In this document: piece after piece, positions 19,870 to 29,926 of the stretch | Position numbering within the stretch: position 1 is the first letter of the stretch | Layout: each line of letters begins with the position of its first letter | From: a virus | DNA: 64,000 nt | Strand: one strand, 5' to 3' | UHGV virus genome: UHGV-0286546 | Translations under genes and position numbers: made by a program | The notes under the pieces: model-generated | Databases searched by the model: none | Told to the model about the DNA's origin: nothing | Seen by the model: only the letters and a program-made list of their open reading frames with translations

Positions 19870-20211
19870 TTAACCCCAGGATATAACAATTTTAGTATCT
19901 AATGGAAGGATTTTAGGCAAGATTGAGAAAACAGTTTTAATCATTTGTTTATTCCAAGAAGTTAATGTACCATCTTGTTTTTCATATTCTTGAATTAACT
20001 GATCTTCTTTACGTATAATTTCACCAACAGTATATTCTTCTTCTCCACATACTGTATTAGTGCCTTCTCTTGCAAACACTGCACTAAATTTATTACCAGA
20101 AGTATTTGAATTACCCAAATATCCGAATAAATGCTGTGCTTCATTAAGTGTAAAACCAGGTATTTCAAAATAAGTATTAATAGACATGTTTATTCCAATC
20201 GTGTAATACAA
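19870..20211 (-). CDS. Hypothetical protein
   Basis: ORF only. Confidence 0.3.
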   Translation of the reverse strand: MYYTIGINMSINTYFEIPGFTLNEAQHLFGYLGNSNTSGNKFSAVFAREGTNTVCGEEEYTVGEIIRKEDQLIQEYEKQDGTLTSWNKQMIKTVFSILPKILPLDTKIVISWG

Positions 20212-20773
20212 ATGATTTTTTTAAAGTCTTTTAATGAAGTAAAAGTAGGTCCTTCATGAGTATAAACACTTAACTGAGTATATCTACGACCCGGAAATCT
20301 ACGTTTAATGGTATTTAAATTGTCACTGATATATCCATTTGATTTATCTGTAAATATTTCATCACCAATTTGCATATTTTCTATTCTTGTTAGCATACTA
20401 TTAGGTGAACGTGGTTTGGACATTTATTTCTCCATTTTGTGTAACTCTTTAATTATATTCATCATATAGCGTAAAATAACTGTTGTAAAACATAAAATAT
20501 ACGTTATACTTATTTTTTAATATAAAGTCTTTCACTATATTTATTTAAAATTTTACAACATTCTCGAATGTCTTTGTTATTAAAATCCAATTTTTCAAAA
20601 CCGAATTTCTTTGCATATAAATCTTTACCCTGTGCCAACATAGTTATTGCGCAAACTAATGACACTTTTGAATAATACCGATATTCCATTAAGTATCCCA
20701 TCTTTCCTCACATAAAAAAATTGACCTAACATGTTTTATTTATTAGGCCAATTCGTTGAAATAGTAAAACAAA

Positions 20774-20974
20774 TTATTCTTTTACTTCAACTTTTTTGTA
20801 CCGTTTACAATGACAAAAACCCGGTTCTGTTTGATTACGAAAATCTAAGCACATACATTTAGTAGAATCATCTTTATATGCAAGACAAGGACAATATCCA
20901 TCATTGTTTTTTACTTTTTCTGAAATCTCTTTAAAAAATTTCTCGTCTGGGTTTTTTTCAATTTTAAGTTTCAT
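20774..20974 (-). CDS. Small Cys-rich (zinc-binding) protein
   Basis: 'CPCLAYKDDSTKCMC...CHCKRY' holds 7 Cys in 66 aa. Confidence 0.35.
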   Translation of the reverse strand: MKLKIEKNPDEKFFKEISEKVKNNDGYCPCLAYKDDSTKCMCLDFRNQTEPGFCHCKRYKKVEVKE

Positions 20975-21558
20975 TAGTTATCTCCATTTAAATGTTCCCA
21001 AATATCCTCAATATTAATTGGTGAATATTTAGCTGTGTTTTTAAAATTCGAACTCGTATCAACACCTATATGTGCAGCTTTGAATCCTAATTTGTTATAA
21101 ATATCGTCATAATTATTTATATCATGAATATGACCATATAAATGTATCGAATCTTTTCTAAATGCACCATCAAATTCTAAAATAGGAAAATGCTTTAAAA
21201 TAATAGTAATTTCTTTACCATTATACAAAGTCCATTTTAATTTATGATAATCTCTTACACTTTGCCACAAATTATTGTTAAGAAATTTATATTGGATTTT
21301 TGTTCTATCGTGATTTCCAAGAATTAGGTGCTTTTGACCATTCAACTGTTTTAATGTATTTTCAATTTTTTCTTGATCATAATTCATCGAAAAATCACCG
21401 AGATGAAAGACTATATCACCTTTACCAACGACTTTATTCCAATTATTAATAAGAGTTTGATCATGTTCTTCAATGGTATTAAAAGGTCTTTTATTACCTA
21501 GTTTTAAAATATTATTATGACCAAAATGTGTATCTGATGTAAAGAATAAATTAGGCAT
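20974..21558 (-). CDS. Calcineurin-like metallophosphoesterase
   Basis: Signature blocks 'FFTSDTHFGH', 'GDFS', 'GNHD' and 'GHIH'. Confidence 0.7.
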   Translation of the reverse strand: MPNLFFTSDTHFGHNNILKLGNKRPFNTIEEHDQTLINNWNKVVGKGDIVFHLGDFSMNYDQEKIENTLKQLNGQKHLILGNHDRTKIQYKFLNNNLWQSVRDYHKLKWTLYNGKEITIILKHFPILEFDGAFRKDSIHLYGHIHDINNYDDIYNKLGFKAAHIGVDTSSNFKNTAKYSPINIEDIWEHLNGDN

Positions 21559-21733
21559 ATATTAACCCCACATTACATAGTGCTTAATAAAGTGTTTTAT
21601 ATAATACCAGTATCCATCTTCGTCAATAAACAATTGATAATCTTTGCCATCAAGAACATCTATTACACGATCTGGTATTTCTGACCAACGGGCTACTGTT
21701 TTTATTCCGTTTTTAAATCTTTCAAATATATAC

Positions 21734-22465
21734 TTATTTGTCATCAAAATCTACCTTGATATCTGTTAGCCTAAATAATGTACTAGACGATTTAATATTT
21801 TGTATTCTACCGTTTAATTTTAATTTTAAATTATTATCTTTAAAATCTTTTATAACAGTCTCTTCGAATACCTTTTTAAAGAATTCATACATACATTTAT
21901 TGTCTTTAAAGGTAATTCTATCGGCATAATCGATTTTTAATCCCCATTTGTCACATAAAGCTTTAACTAATCCACCTAATACTTCTTTAACAATGGTATA
22001 GTTGGCTTTTTTTTCTTCAGCCTGTTTTTGTCTTCGTTTATCTGCACTACTTAAATTTACAACTTCTTTAAATTCAGCTGTATCAAAAATTTCAATAGAA
22101 AATTCTTCATCTTCTGTCATAACATCATAATGAATATTTGCATATGAGCTATTCTCAAATTTAATTGTATATGTATTTGGAAGTGTACCGCTCGTAACTA
22201 AGGTATATAATAAATCGGAACCAGAAAAATAATTGTTGCTTCCCGGATTTAACTTTTTATACTCTGAGTGTGCAGCAAATAGATCACGCTTTGTAAAAAA
22301 ATATCTAAAATGGGAAAGAGATTGCATAACAGATGTATTTTCTAATCTAGCCGGTCTGGTTTTAAAAGATGTATAACGCCAACGAAGCGCTCCTTGTCGC
22401 TCATTGTCCCTTCTCCACCAAGCTTTTTCTTGTATTACTTCACTACGCATTCTCTTTCCTTTCAA
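21734..22465 (-). CDS. Hypothetical protein
   Basis: Intact 243-aa ORF. Confidence 0.3.
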   Translation of the reverse strand: MKGKRMRSEVIQEKAWWRRDNERQGALRWRYTSFKTRPARLENTSVMQSLSHFRYFFTKRDLFAAHSEYKKLNPGSNNYFSGSDLLYTLVTSGTLPNTYTIKFENSSYANIHYDVMTEDEEFSIEIFDTAEFKEVVNLSSADKRRQKQAEEKKANYTIVKEVLGGLVKALCDKWGLKIDYADRITFKDNKCMYEFFKKVFEETVIKDFKDNNLKLKLNGRIQNIKSSSTLFRLTDIKVDFDDK

Positions 22466-22474
22466 TTGTTTATT

Positions 22475-23365
22475 TTATACCGCAATATCAAATTTTACTC
22501 TTTCGCCGTGTTGATATCCTTCAAGACTAGCCATACCCGGCATAAAATTAAATACTGTCGCAGAAGGATCTAATACCAACTTAGGTAATTCATATTGTTC
22601 TTTTCGCCATGTCGGTAACATCTCTTTTACTTTTTCTACATGATTATCATAAATGTGACAATTACACAAATTTAAAGTTACTGTACCGGGTTTCATATTT
22701 ACAGTTTGACACATAAGATGCAAAAGTAAAGCATAAAATGACAAATCAGTCGGAACTCCAAGTATTGTATCAGCAGATCGTTGATTGACTGTAATATGTA
22801 ATCTACCACCTAAATAATTAAACTGAAATACATAAACACAAGGCGGAAGTCCCATAGTATCTGCGTTTGCTGGATCCAAAGCAGTAATTAACAAACGCCT
22901 ATCGTATGGATTTTTCTTTAACGTATCAACAACATGTTGTAATTGATCAAAACCTTGTCCTGTATAATCGGTATTTTCATCTATATATTTGGCGCCAAAA
23001 TGTCTATAATTGAAGCCATAAATATTTCCTAAATCATTTTCTTGTAATTGAAATGCTTTACGCTCTTCATCTGATAAGCCAGCAGGTACTTTTTTAGGAT
23101 TACACCATTCTTTCCAATATCCACATTCACGCTCAACAAAAACCTTCTTAGATGTTATGCCTTCGAGAAAACAGCTTACTTCACCTTTCATGCTTTTAAA
23201 AAACTGCTGACGAAAGGTAAGCATAGGAAAACCGTCTTTTAAATCCCAAGTAAGAACTTTATTTAATCTTACTAAAGTGTTATTACCTGTACGACACGGA
23301 TTAATTTCTCCGTTATTTAAAATATCTTCTACAATATCTAAATATTGATTATCATATGCACTCAT
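22475..23365 (-). CDS. Thymidylate-synthase-family enzyme with cytosine-specific Asp (dCMP hydroxymethylase- or dCMP methylase-like)
   Basis: Aligns with E. coli ThyA across 'RRLLITALD...LPPCVYVFQF...QRSADTILGVPTDLSFYALL'. The catalytic Cys of the PPC block is conserved. The pyrimidine-specificity Asn of ThyA 'FNIASY' is replaced by Asp ('TDLSFY'), as in T4 gp42. Confidence 0.7.
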   Translation of the reverse strand: MSAYDNQYLDIVEDILNNGEINPCRTGNNTLVRLNKVLTWDLKDGFPMLTFRQQFFKSMKGEVSCFLEGITSKKVFVERECGYWKEWCNPKKVPAGLSDEERKAFQLQENDLGNIYGFNYRHFGAKYIDENTDYTGQGFDQLQHVVDTLKKNPYDRRLLITALDPANADTMGLPPCVYVFQFNYLGGRLHITVNQRSADTILGVPTDLSFYALLLHLMCQTVNMKPGTVTLNLCNCHIYDNHVEKVKEMLPTWRKEQYELPKLVLDPSATVFNFMPGMASLEGYQHGERVKFDIAV

Positions 23366-23384
23366 TTACATTTTCCTTGTTTTG

Positions 23385-24032
23385 TTATTTAATCCATCGA
23401 ATAATAGGTTCACTTGTACAGTCTTTTTGCCATACATACCAACAATACGCTGCAGCTCCAGAATTTTTAAATGTACCACCACCTTTACCACAGCCTTGTC
23501 TATCTACATGAACATAAACATATTTTGGTGGATATTGTTTAAATAAAGAATAACGTTTAGCTGATTCAAGAAAAGTTAATTTCATAAACATTACTACTAA
23601 ACCATTATCTTTTACTGCTTCTATACTTCTTTCAACAAATTCACGAGCTTTCGAATACGGAGGATTTGTAATTATACAATCAAATTTATTATCATACTTT
23701 TTATTAGTTAAAAAATCTAAACCTGATTCTTCACCATATCCTCTGTCAACTAAATCTGTAGAAAAAACTGTATATCCATTATCTTTGAGAACTTTACTTA
23801 TTGCACCGTCACCACATGCGTTTTCCCATATAGTATTAGGTAAAGTTAGGTTTGTTTCTTTTGCTACATTAAGAAATAATTTTACAGAATCAGGATGAGT
23901 AGCATAAAAATCGTTTTCTTCTACTTCTTCTTCCTTTTTCCTGTGATTAGTAGTATAAAAGCCTTTATTTCCACCAGTCCAATCTTTACTCATGTAATAA
24001 AATCCTTCCAAAATCATATTTAAACTGATCAA
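23385..24032 (-). CDS. SAM-dependent methyltransferase with NPPY motif (putative DNA N6-adenine/N4-cytosine MTase)
   Basis: Motif I-like 'ENACGDGAIS' and motif IV 'ITNPPY'. Confidence 0.5.
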   Translation of the reverse strand: MISLNMILEGFYYMSKDWTGGNKGFYTTNHRKKEEEVEENDFYATHPDSVKLFLNVAKETNLTLPNTIWENACGDGAISKVLKDNGYTVFSTDLVDRGYGEESGLDFLTNKKYDNKFDCIITNPPYSKAREFVERSIEAVKDNGLVVMFMKLTFLESAKRYSLFKQYPPKYVYVHVDRQGCGKGGGTFKNSGAAAYCWYVWQKDCTSEPIIRWIK

Positions 24033-24648
24033 TTAAAAAATCCGAGCCGTTAACCTGTTTAAATAGCATATATGTATTCTTTTTATTGTAAGGTTGTATA
24101 AAACGAGCTTCAATATATTTTTTAGCTTCTGTAATACTATGAAAAGAATGTAAGGATTTATCATAGTATTCAGTTGACCATTTTTTATATTTAGGTGTTA
24201 CAATACAATATTCCATTTTACCGTCTGGATATTTTACCATTACATATAAATCATCATTAGAATAGGTATGACGACTATATACTTTAATACACTCGGCAAG
24301 ATTACGTGTTTCATCTGTTATTTCTAAAGCATTACCAGCTAAAGAAAGAATTTGTACTGTACATTGTCCTAAATCAATAGGTACATTTAAATCTATTTCT
24401 TGAGTATGTGTTGCGTAAATAAAAAGAATATCTGATCTATTAGCAGTCAAATTTCTTAAAATAGAGTATTGAGATGTATTTGAAAAATTATGAGCGGAAT
24501 GTGAAGGTGTTTCTTTTTTAATTTCTAAGACTACTGTCAAACCATTATTTAATTGCAATATACCATCAATATCACTAGCACTTACACAAAATGGCATTAT
24601 TGTATTAAAATCTAAAGGTTGTTCAATAGCTTTTATATTACGAATCAT
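23986..24648 (-). CDS. Hypothetical protein
   Basis: Intact 220-aa ORF. Confidence 0.3.
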   Translation of the reverse strand: MIRNIKAIEQPLDFNTIMPFCVSASDIDGILQLNNGLTVVLEIKKETPSHSAHNFSNTSQYSILRNLTANRSDILFIYATHTQEIDLNVPIDLGQCTVQILSLAGNALEITDETRNLAECIKVYSRHTYSNDDLYVMVKYPDGKMEYCIVTPKYKKWSTEYYDKSLHSFHSITEAKKYIEARFIQPYNKKNTYMLFKQVNGSDFLIDQFKYDFGRILLHE

Positions 24649-24665
24649 CTCTTTACTTTCATATC

Positions 24666-25301
24666 TTACATATTTTCAAGATACCATAATACATTTTCTT
24701 GTAAAGCAGAAATCGTACTATTATTAAAAAATACACAATCTGGATTATCTACTTCAATCCAATCTCTTTCTGAAGGATGAACAGCATCGAGCATGACTTT
24801 TTCTTTTTCCGTAAGATCCATACCTTTATTATACTTTTCCGCAGCTTCCCAATATTCCGGTCTATCTCCACGTTCTACTCTTACAATTGTTCCACCTATA
24901 CTTCTAAGCATTTCTAGTTCATTTGGAAATCTAACATCTGTAATAACAAAATTATGCTCGTTATCGTCTAAAATTTTCTTTTTTACATTTAAATCCCAAA
25001 TATGTTTAAGAAAAGTAGGTCTAACTATATCTGTACCAATAGTAGTTAAAGCTCGACGCGGCGTAAATTCAAAACCAAATGCGTTAGACCAATATATGTC
25101 AGGTTGCTCTCTCCATTCTCTACTTTCTACTGTACGACCACTTAACATTTCTCGGGACCAACCAAACATTACACTAGCAACATCTTTTACACAATCCGCA
25201 AAAGCTAACGTAACAAAACTAGGGTCGTTCTCACAAATAATCTTTGCAATGGTATCTTTTCCTGAACCTTTTAAACCAGTAATTCCAATGATTTTTCTCA
25301 T
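24666..25301 (-). CDS. Deoxynucleoside monophosphate kinase (T4 gp1-like)
   Basis: The N-terminus 'IIGITGLKGSGKDT' matches T4 gp1 'LIFLSGVKRSGKDT'. Also 'ALTTIGTDIVR' and 'FVITDVRFPNELEMLRSIGGTIVRV' parallel gp1 blocks. Confidence 0.8.
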   Translation of the reverse strand: MRKIIGITGLKGSGKDTIAKIICENDPSFVTLAFADCVKDVASVMFGWSREMLSGRTVESREWREQPDIYWSNAFGFEFTPRRALTTIGTDIVRPTFLKHIWDLNVKKKILDDNEHNFVITDVRFPNELEMLRSIGGTIVRVERGDRPEYWEAAEKYNKGMDLTEKEKVMLDAVHPSERDWIEVDNPDCVFFNNSTISALQENVLWYLENM

Positions 25302-25547
25302 TTTTATTTTCCTTCATATACAGTAGAAATAGTACAACCACCTCTTTGTTCCATAGCTTCTCTAAGGGCAGATGCAACGCATTGAGTTTTATCTGCAGGG
25401 ATAGGTAAGCCGATCTTATAACCACTAGCATCTTCAAAAACTAAATATGTTTCACTTTTACCATTATTAGTCGGTATATTAACGATCTGAATTTTTTTAG
25501 CATTTTCCATATTATAAAACATGACTTACTTTTCCCTTCAAAATCAA

Positions 25548-26069
25548 TTACTTAGTACCTGTCGATCCGAATGACCCAGACTGTCTCTTTGTCTTTGGGC
25601 CTTTTTCATATTGTTCAGGCTTTACATACTTGAGAGCTTCACTAGATACATTTTCAATAATACCCTGTGTAATTTTTTCACCTGGATTGATTACTGTTGC
25701 GTAAGTCTTAATACCAAATAACATTCCAATAAAACCTAAAATTCCAGGATAACGTACTTTAATATCTTGACTGCCTTTAACTACTTTAAACAAATTTAAA
25801 TGGATTTCGCCTCTGTAACCCGGATCAATTACGCAAGCTCCTCTTACCAAACCTTTTTTAACTGAAACTCCGGATTTATTTTCGATTCTAAAAGTTTTAT
25901 TTTTTTCAACTTTAACTTTAATACCAGAAGGAATGTTAACTTGTTCATTCATTCTAAGAATATAAGGTTTTCCATTATTCCAATCGTTAGGTACATAAAA
26001 ATCCAATCCATTATCTTCATCTCGATTACCAGTAGGATCTTTAACGTCTCTTACTTTTGTATATATCAT
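25548..26069 (-). CDS. dUTPase-superfamily nucleotide pyrophosphatase (dUTPase or dCTPase/dUTPase)
   Basis: dUTPase motif III 'VIDPGYRGEI' and C-terminal motif V 'RQSGSFGSTG'. At 173 aa the size matches T4 gp56 dCTPase. Confidence 0.75.
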   Translation of the reverse strand: MIYTKVRDVKDPTGNRDEDNGLDFYVPNDWNNGKPYILRMNEQVNIPSGIKVKVEKNKTFRIENKSGVSVKKGLVRGACVIDPGYRGEIHLNLFKVVKGSQDIKVRYPGILGFIGMLFGIKTYATVINPGEKITQGIIENVSSEALKYVKPEQYEKGPKTKRQSGSFGSTGTK

Positions 26070-26153
26070 TTTTCACTTCCTTTTTTAATTAAGTACAAAT
26101 ATCATATTATAGAATTTATTGTCAACAGCGTTCTACAAAAGTATTTTTTCCAA

Positions 26154-29100
26154 TTATTCATTACTCTCGTCACTTTCAATCAAATTTTCTTTGTTTCTTT
26201 CAAAGTAATGATATTTGGAGCGTAAAACGTATTTGTGATCTTTGTCTAATTGAATAGGTATCAAAGTAAGTAGTTCATCATACTTCACTGTTGACATTAA
26301 GACAGGGCTTAATTTTTGAACAGCAGCGAATCTACCCCCTTCTGACCAATCCTGTTTGTTTATATGCTTAATTAATGCTTCTTTGGTTATATTCTTACCT
26401 GTAAACTTCTTCGGTAAAACAACTTGCTCTTTAAGTTTAGGTAATTGTTCGATTAACTCGTCTACATTCCAAACATACTTAGATTCACAATATAATGTTT
26501 GCATCTCACCTGTTTTTGGATTAATTTGATTAGGTGTTCGTGTATACCTATTTGCTGTACTACACATTTCATCTGCACCTGTTAAATGTAACTTATACAT
26601 CAAATAATACCAGATAATTTTATATTCATTTACTTTAACTGGTCTACTTAAACGTACAACAATATGATATGATCTATGCCCTGACCAAACAACGCGATAC
26701 AGCTTATCTTTTATTGGTTCGATTAGCTCTTCTTGTTCTTCTTTGGTTAAATAATCACATTCAAATAACAGATTTTGATTATAAACACCTGCCCTGGTTG
26801 GATATTCGTCTAAGTTGTCTTTAAAAGAATTTAAGGCCTGTAAATAAGCAGGAGTTTCACTTTTGACATAATCTTCGGCATAGTATGGACCAAATACTGA
26901 TTCTGCATCTAATAAGTTCTTAGCGAAGTTAATATATACATCTGTGTTTATCTCTTCCATTGTTAAAGAGTTTACATCATCAACCAGTAACATATTTTGA
27001 GTAAAACCTGTAATTTTACTTTCTGTGTTTACAATCTCTGTCACTGGATCACCGAACTCATCTAAAATAGGTTTGCCCTTTTCATCCTTTTTAACAACTT
27101 TTCTAGCATTTCTACTTCTACTATAATATTCTTGTGTGCGCGGATCGTTTTCAAAACCTACAACAAAAGCTAAACTACGACCATCTAACTTTTCTCTTGT
27201 TATTCCGTCATAAATTTCGCCAATACTGTGTTTTTTATAAATGACAAAATCACGAGGAGAGATACCTTCTAATGGTGGGCGTTCAGTTACAAGGTTACAT
27301 AAAATTTTAGAAGTAGCTTTACCAAATTTTTCATTAGACAGATAAAAGCCTTTTGATTTGATTTTTCCATTACTAAATTGACAATAGTAATTATTAACAT
27401 TGTTCTGTTGTAAAATAGCAATATCATCAAATTCGAGGACTAACCCTGTTTCTTCCATCCATTTTTCAGCAATAGGCATAAAATCTACGTCTGCTTGCTT
27501 TTCAATCATAATACCATCAGTGTTTGTCTGTATGATATTAAAACCAGCCTCATATAATCTTTTTGCCAAGATGAATAGTAACAACTGTCCATAAGTACAA
27601 ATCGTACTATTCGACCAAGAATCAAACAACGCATTATACTGACTTAGCATTGCCCCAATTGATCCATTAAGAATAAGTTTAAGACCCAAGTTGAGTAATG
27701 TATTTCCTTCTTTTTTTGCTTTTAATCTTGTATGATAAACGTCTTTATATGCATCTGGATTTGAAGCACCTCTTGACATTAAATTATATACCACTAACAA
27801 AGATGGATATAGAGAAGCAACGTCCATATTAACTAAATTCTTACTTCCGTATTTAATTAAAGCTTGATGTAATCCACCGAATCCAAATTGATATAAATGT
27901 CCTTCATCATTACCACCCATGTAATATTCAAATTTTTCTGTAATATAATGAGGATTCGTCTGGTTTTTAATATAGAAATCTAACAATGGAGTACCAGCTA
28001 ATTCTTTATAAGCTAATTCTGGAATACTATAATAAACTTTTTTACCATTGATTTCTTTGTAGGTATTGTCTGGATTTGGTTTAGCATCTTCACCACACAA
28101 AACTTTACTTGCAAATGACGCTGCTTTGTTAATAAGAGTTTTTGCGCCCATTCCAAATTCAATAATGAGGTTCCAACGAATATCATAAGAATCTCTTGCA
28201 AACTCTCTAAACTTGTGTTTAGGATTTTCTTTTGCCTTTTCAATATCTTCTGGATCTGGTAAAAAGAGATCTCTAGTGTTATCCACGTCCATTTCACAAT
28301 ATTGTTCTACTTCTTTACGCTGTTTCATAGAAAGTGAAGTACCAATATTAAATGGAACAGAAGAATCGTAATTTCGTCTATTAAGTACTGACATTGTTAA
28401 TTTTTTCAGAGAATTTCGTCTAATATCAAAAGGCAGATGAAAAGTTAAGTCCCAAGATAAAAACGTTGGAGCTATTTCATATCTTTTTTTAGTTTTAAAT
28501 TCTGGTCGTAAAGGATAACGCTTTGCTAATTCGTGATCTTCAATAATTAAGTCAGAATATTCTTTAACTGTTGGAGCAGAATCATCTAAATATGGATATA
28601 ACATGGCATGCTTAATTACTACATCGTCATATGCAGCATTATTAAATCCAATTAAAATTTTATCTTTTATCCATTTACTTAATGCTTGGCCATCATTCCA
28701 ACATACTACTTTGTTTTTACCATCAACCGTTTTAGCAATAAATAACCAATCGTATTTAAAGACTTCGATATCGTAAATCCATTCATATTTTTTAGTAAAA
28801 TTATATCCCTGCTCAATAATTTCTTTTTCGGAGAGTATATTTTTTAATTTTGCTTTAAATACATCTTTATACCACTTTGTATACCATTCTGATGGCTCAC
28901 CTTTTTCATCACCGTAGACTTTAAAGGTTTTATCTTCGCTTGCGCTACCCTCTTGTTCTGAGATAACAGTTATTTGATCTTTATAACCAAACAAGGATAC
29001 AATTTTATTTAAGTTTTCTTCATCTGAACTATAAACAGGTACAGTGGTTAATAACTCTTTTAATGTACTAACCCATTCTCTTTTTAATTTGTCTGAGTCT

Positions 29101-29825
29101 AATAAACAAATCTCATCATTTCTGCAATAGAGTAATTTATCATTTGTATAACAATCGTATATTTTAAAGTACTCTATTTTTTTACCTTCTTTGCATAACT
29201 TAGCTTCGAAATTAAAACCTTTTATTAATTCCTTTTGGTATAATTCAATCAATTCTTTAAATTTACTGATAATTTCTACTGTACTGCAATACGGGGATTT
29301 TTCAATAGTTTTACCTACAGAACTCGAATTTAAGATACTAGGAATTCTGTGTAGGTTGTCATCGATTTCTGGCAATACAACGTAAGGTATCTCAAAGCTT
29401 TTTGTTTTACTTATACGGTCATCAGAATAAACAATGAGATTGTCTTTTTCTCTCAGCATAACGCGAATAGTAGGTTCAACAAAGAAACCTTTTTCATAAT
29501 CTTCGAAAAATGCTTTATATGCACTATATCCAACAAATGCAAAAACGAGAGTATTGAAATCTAAAGTACCCTTAATGAAATAATTATAAAGAAAATCGGC
29601 CATTACATTTTTAGTAAATAAACCGTCATAATTATTATCCTTGACGTATGTAACGTGTGTGTCTGCTGACTTAAATTTACTTTTAAAGCAATTAGATAAA
29701 TATGTCATACCAGAAGGAGAATCGAATATTTCTTCTTTGTCCTTGGGTAAATACGATTCTGAAATTAATACCAATTTTGGACCTAATGTACTTTGATATT
29801 CCTTCTTACTACGTACGTTTGTCAT
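26154..29825 (-). CDS. Family B DNA polymerase with C-terminal archaeo-eukaryotic-primase (AEP)-like domain
   Basis: PolB motif A 'DVASLYPSL', motif B 'KLILNGSIGA' and motif C 'NTDGI', plus an exonuclease-like 'YDIEV'. The last ~200 aa carry AEP motif II 'WSGHRSYHIV' and motif III 'ADEMCSTANRYTRTPNQINPKTG'. Confidence 0.85.
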   Translation of the reverse strand: MTNVRSKKEYQSTLGPKLVLISESYLPKDKEEIFDSPSGMTYLSNCFKSKFKSADTHVTYVKDNNYDGLFTKNVMADFLYNYFIKGTLDFNTLVFAFVGYSAYKAFFEDYEKGFFVEPTIRVMLREKDNLIVYSDDRISKTKSFEIPYVVLPEIDDNLHRIPSILNSSSVGKTIEKSPYCSTVEIISKFKELIELYQKELIKGFNFEAKLCKEGKKIEYFKIYDCYTNDKLLYCRNDEICLLDSDKLKREWVSTLKELLTTVPVYSSDEENLNKIVSLFGYKDQITVISEQEGSASEDKTFKVYGDEKGEPSEWYTKWYKDVFKAKLKNILSEKEIIEQGYNFTKKYEWIYDIEVFKYDWLFIAKTVDGKNKVVCWNDGQALSKWIKDKILIGFNNAAYDDVVIKHAMLYPYLDDSAPTVKEYSDLIIEDHELAKRYPLRPEFKTKKRYEIAPTFLSWDLTFHLPFDIRRNSLKKLTMSVLNRRNYDSSVPFNIGTSLSMKQRKEVEQYCEMDVDNTRDLFLPDPEDIEKAKENPKHKFREFARDSYDIRWNLIIEFGMGAKTLINKAASFASKVLCGEDAKPNPDNTYKEINGKKVYYSIPELAYKELAGTPLLDFYIKNQTNPHYITEKFEYYMGGNDEGHLYQFGFGGLHQALIKYGSKNLVNMDVASLYPSLLVVYNLMSRGASNPDAYKDVYHTRLKAKKEGNTLLNLGLKLILNGSIGAMLSQYNALFDSWSNSTICTYGQLLLFILAKRLYEAGFNIIQTNTDGIMIEKQADVDFMPIAEKWMEETGLVLEFDDIAILQQNNVNNYYCQFSNGKIKSKGFYLSNEKFGKATSKILCNLVTERPPLEGISPRDFVIYKKHSIGEIYDGITREKLDGRSLAFVVGFENDPRTQEYYSRSRNARKVVKKDEKGKPILDEFGDPVTEIVNTESKITGFTQNMLLVDDVNSLTMEEINTDVYINFAKNLLDAESVFGPYYAEDYVKSETPAYLQALNSFKDNLDEYPTRAGVYNQNLLFECDYLTKEEQEELIEPIKDKLYRVVWSGHRSYHIVVRLSRPVKVNEYKIIWYYLMYKLHLTGADEMCSTANRYTRTPNQINPKTGEMQTLYCESKYVWNVDELIEQLPKLKEQVVLPKKFTGKNITKEALIKHINKQDWSEGGRFAAVQKLSPVLMSTVKYDELLTLIPIQLDKDHKYVLRSKYHYFERNKENLIESDESNE

Positions 29826-29859
29826 ATTTATTCCTATCAGTAAAAATTAAAAAACGTTA

Positions 29860-29894
29860 TATAAAAATAGAATACGAGGAAGCCCCGTATTCTA
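29860..29894 (-). terminator. Rho-independent terminator (minus strand)
   Basis: Perfect 8-bp stem AGAATACG/CGTATTCT (29869-29876 / 29886-29893) with a T-run on the minus strand. Confidence 0.5.
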
Positions 29895-29926
29895 CTTCAT
29901 TATTTTTCAAAATTGTGAAATTATTT

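Noticed and set aside
24793-25326. 177-aa ORF antisense to the dNMP kinase gene, plus many other 60-130-aa antisense or internal ORFs (e.g. 890..1102, 3923..4129, 27400..27594, 28013..28297, 35278..35463, 37004..37303, 42053..42445, 52512..52730, 58651..58908)
   Set aside because: They lie entirely within, and antisense to, well-supported genes and have low-complexity, hydrophobic translations typical of AT-rich shadow frames.
25548-26069. Assigning the dUTPase-family protein specifically as dCTPase (gp56)
   Set aside because: dUTPase motifs III and V are clear, but substrate specificity (dUTP vs dCTP) cannot be read from sequence by eye. Kept as family-level call.
15920-29825. Group I introns or inteins in nrdD, the ThyA-family gene or the DNA polymerase (common in T4-like phages)
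   Set aside because: These ORFs are contiguous and full length, with conserved motifs in the normal order. The only interrupted gene is the large terminase.
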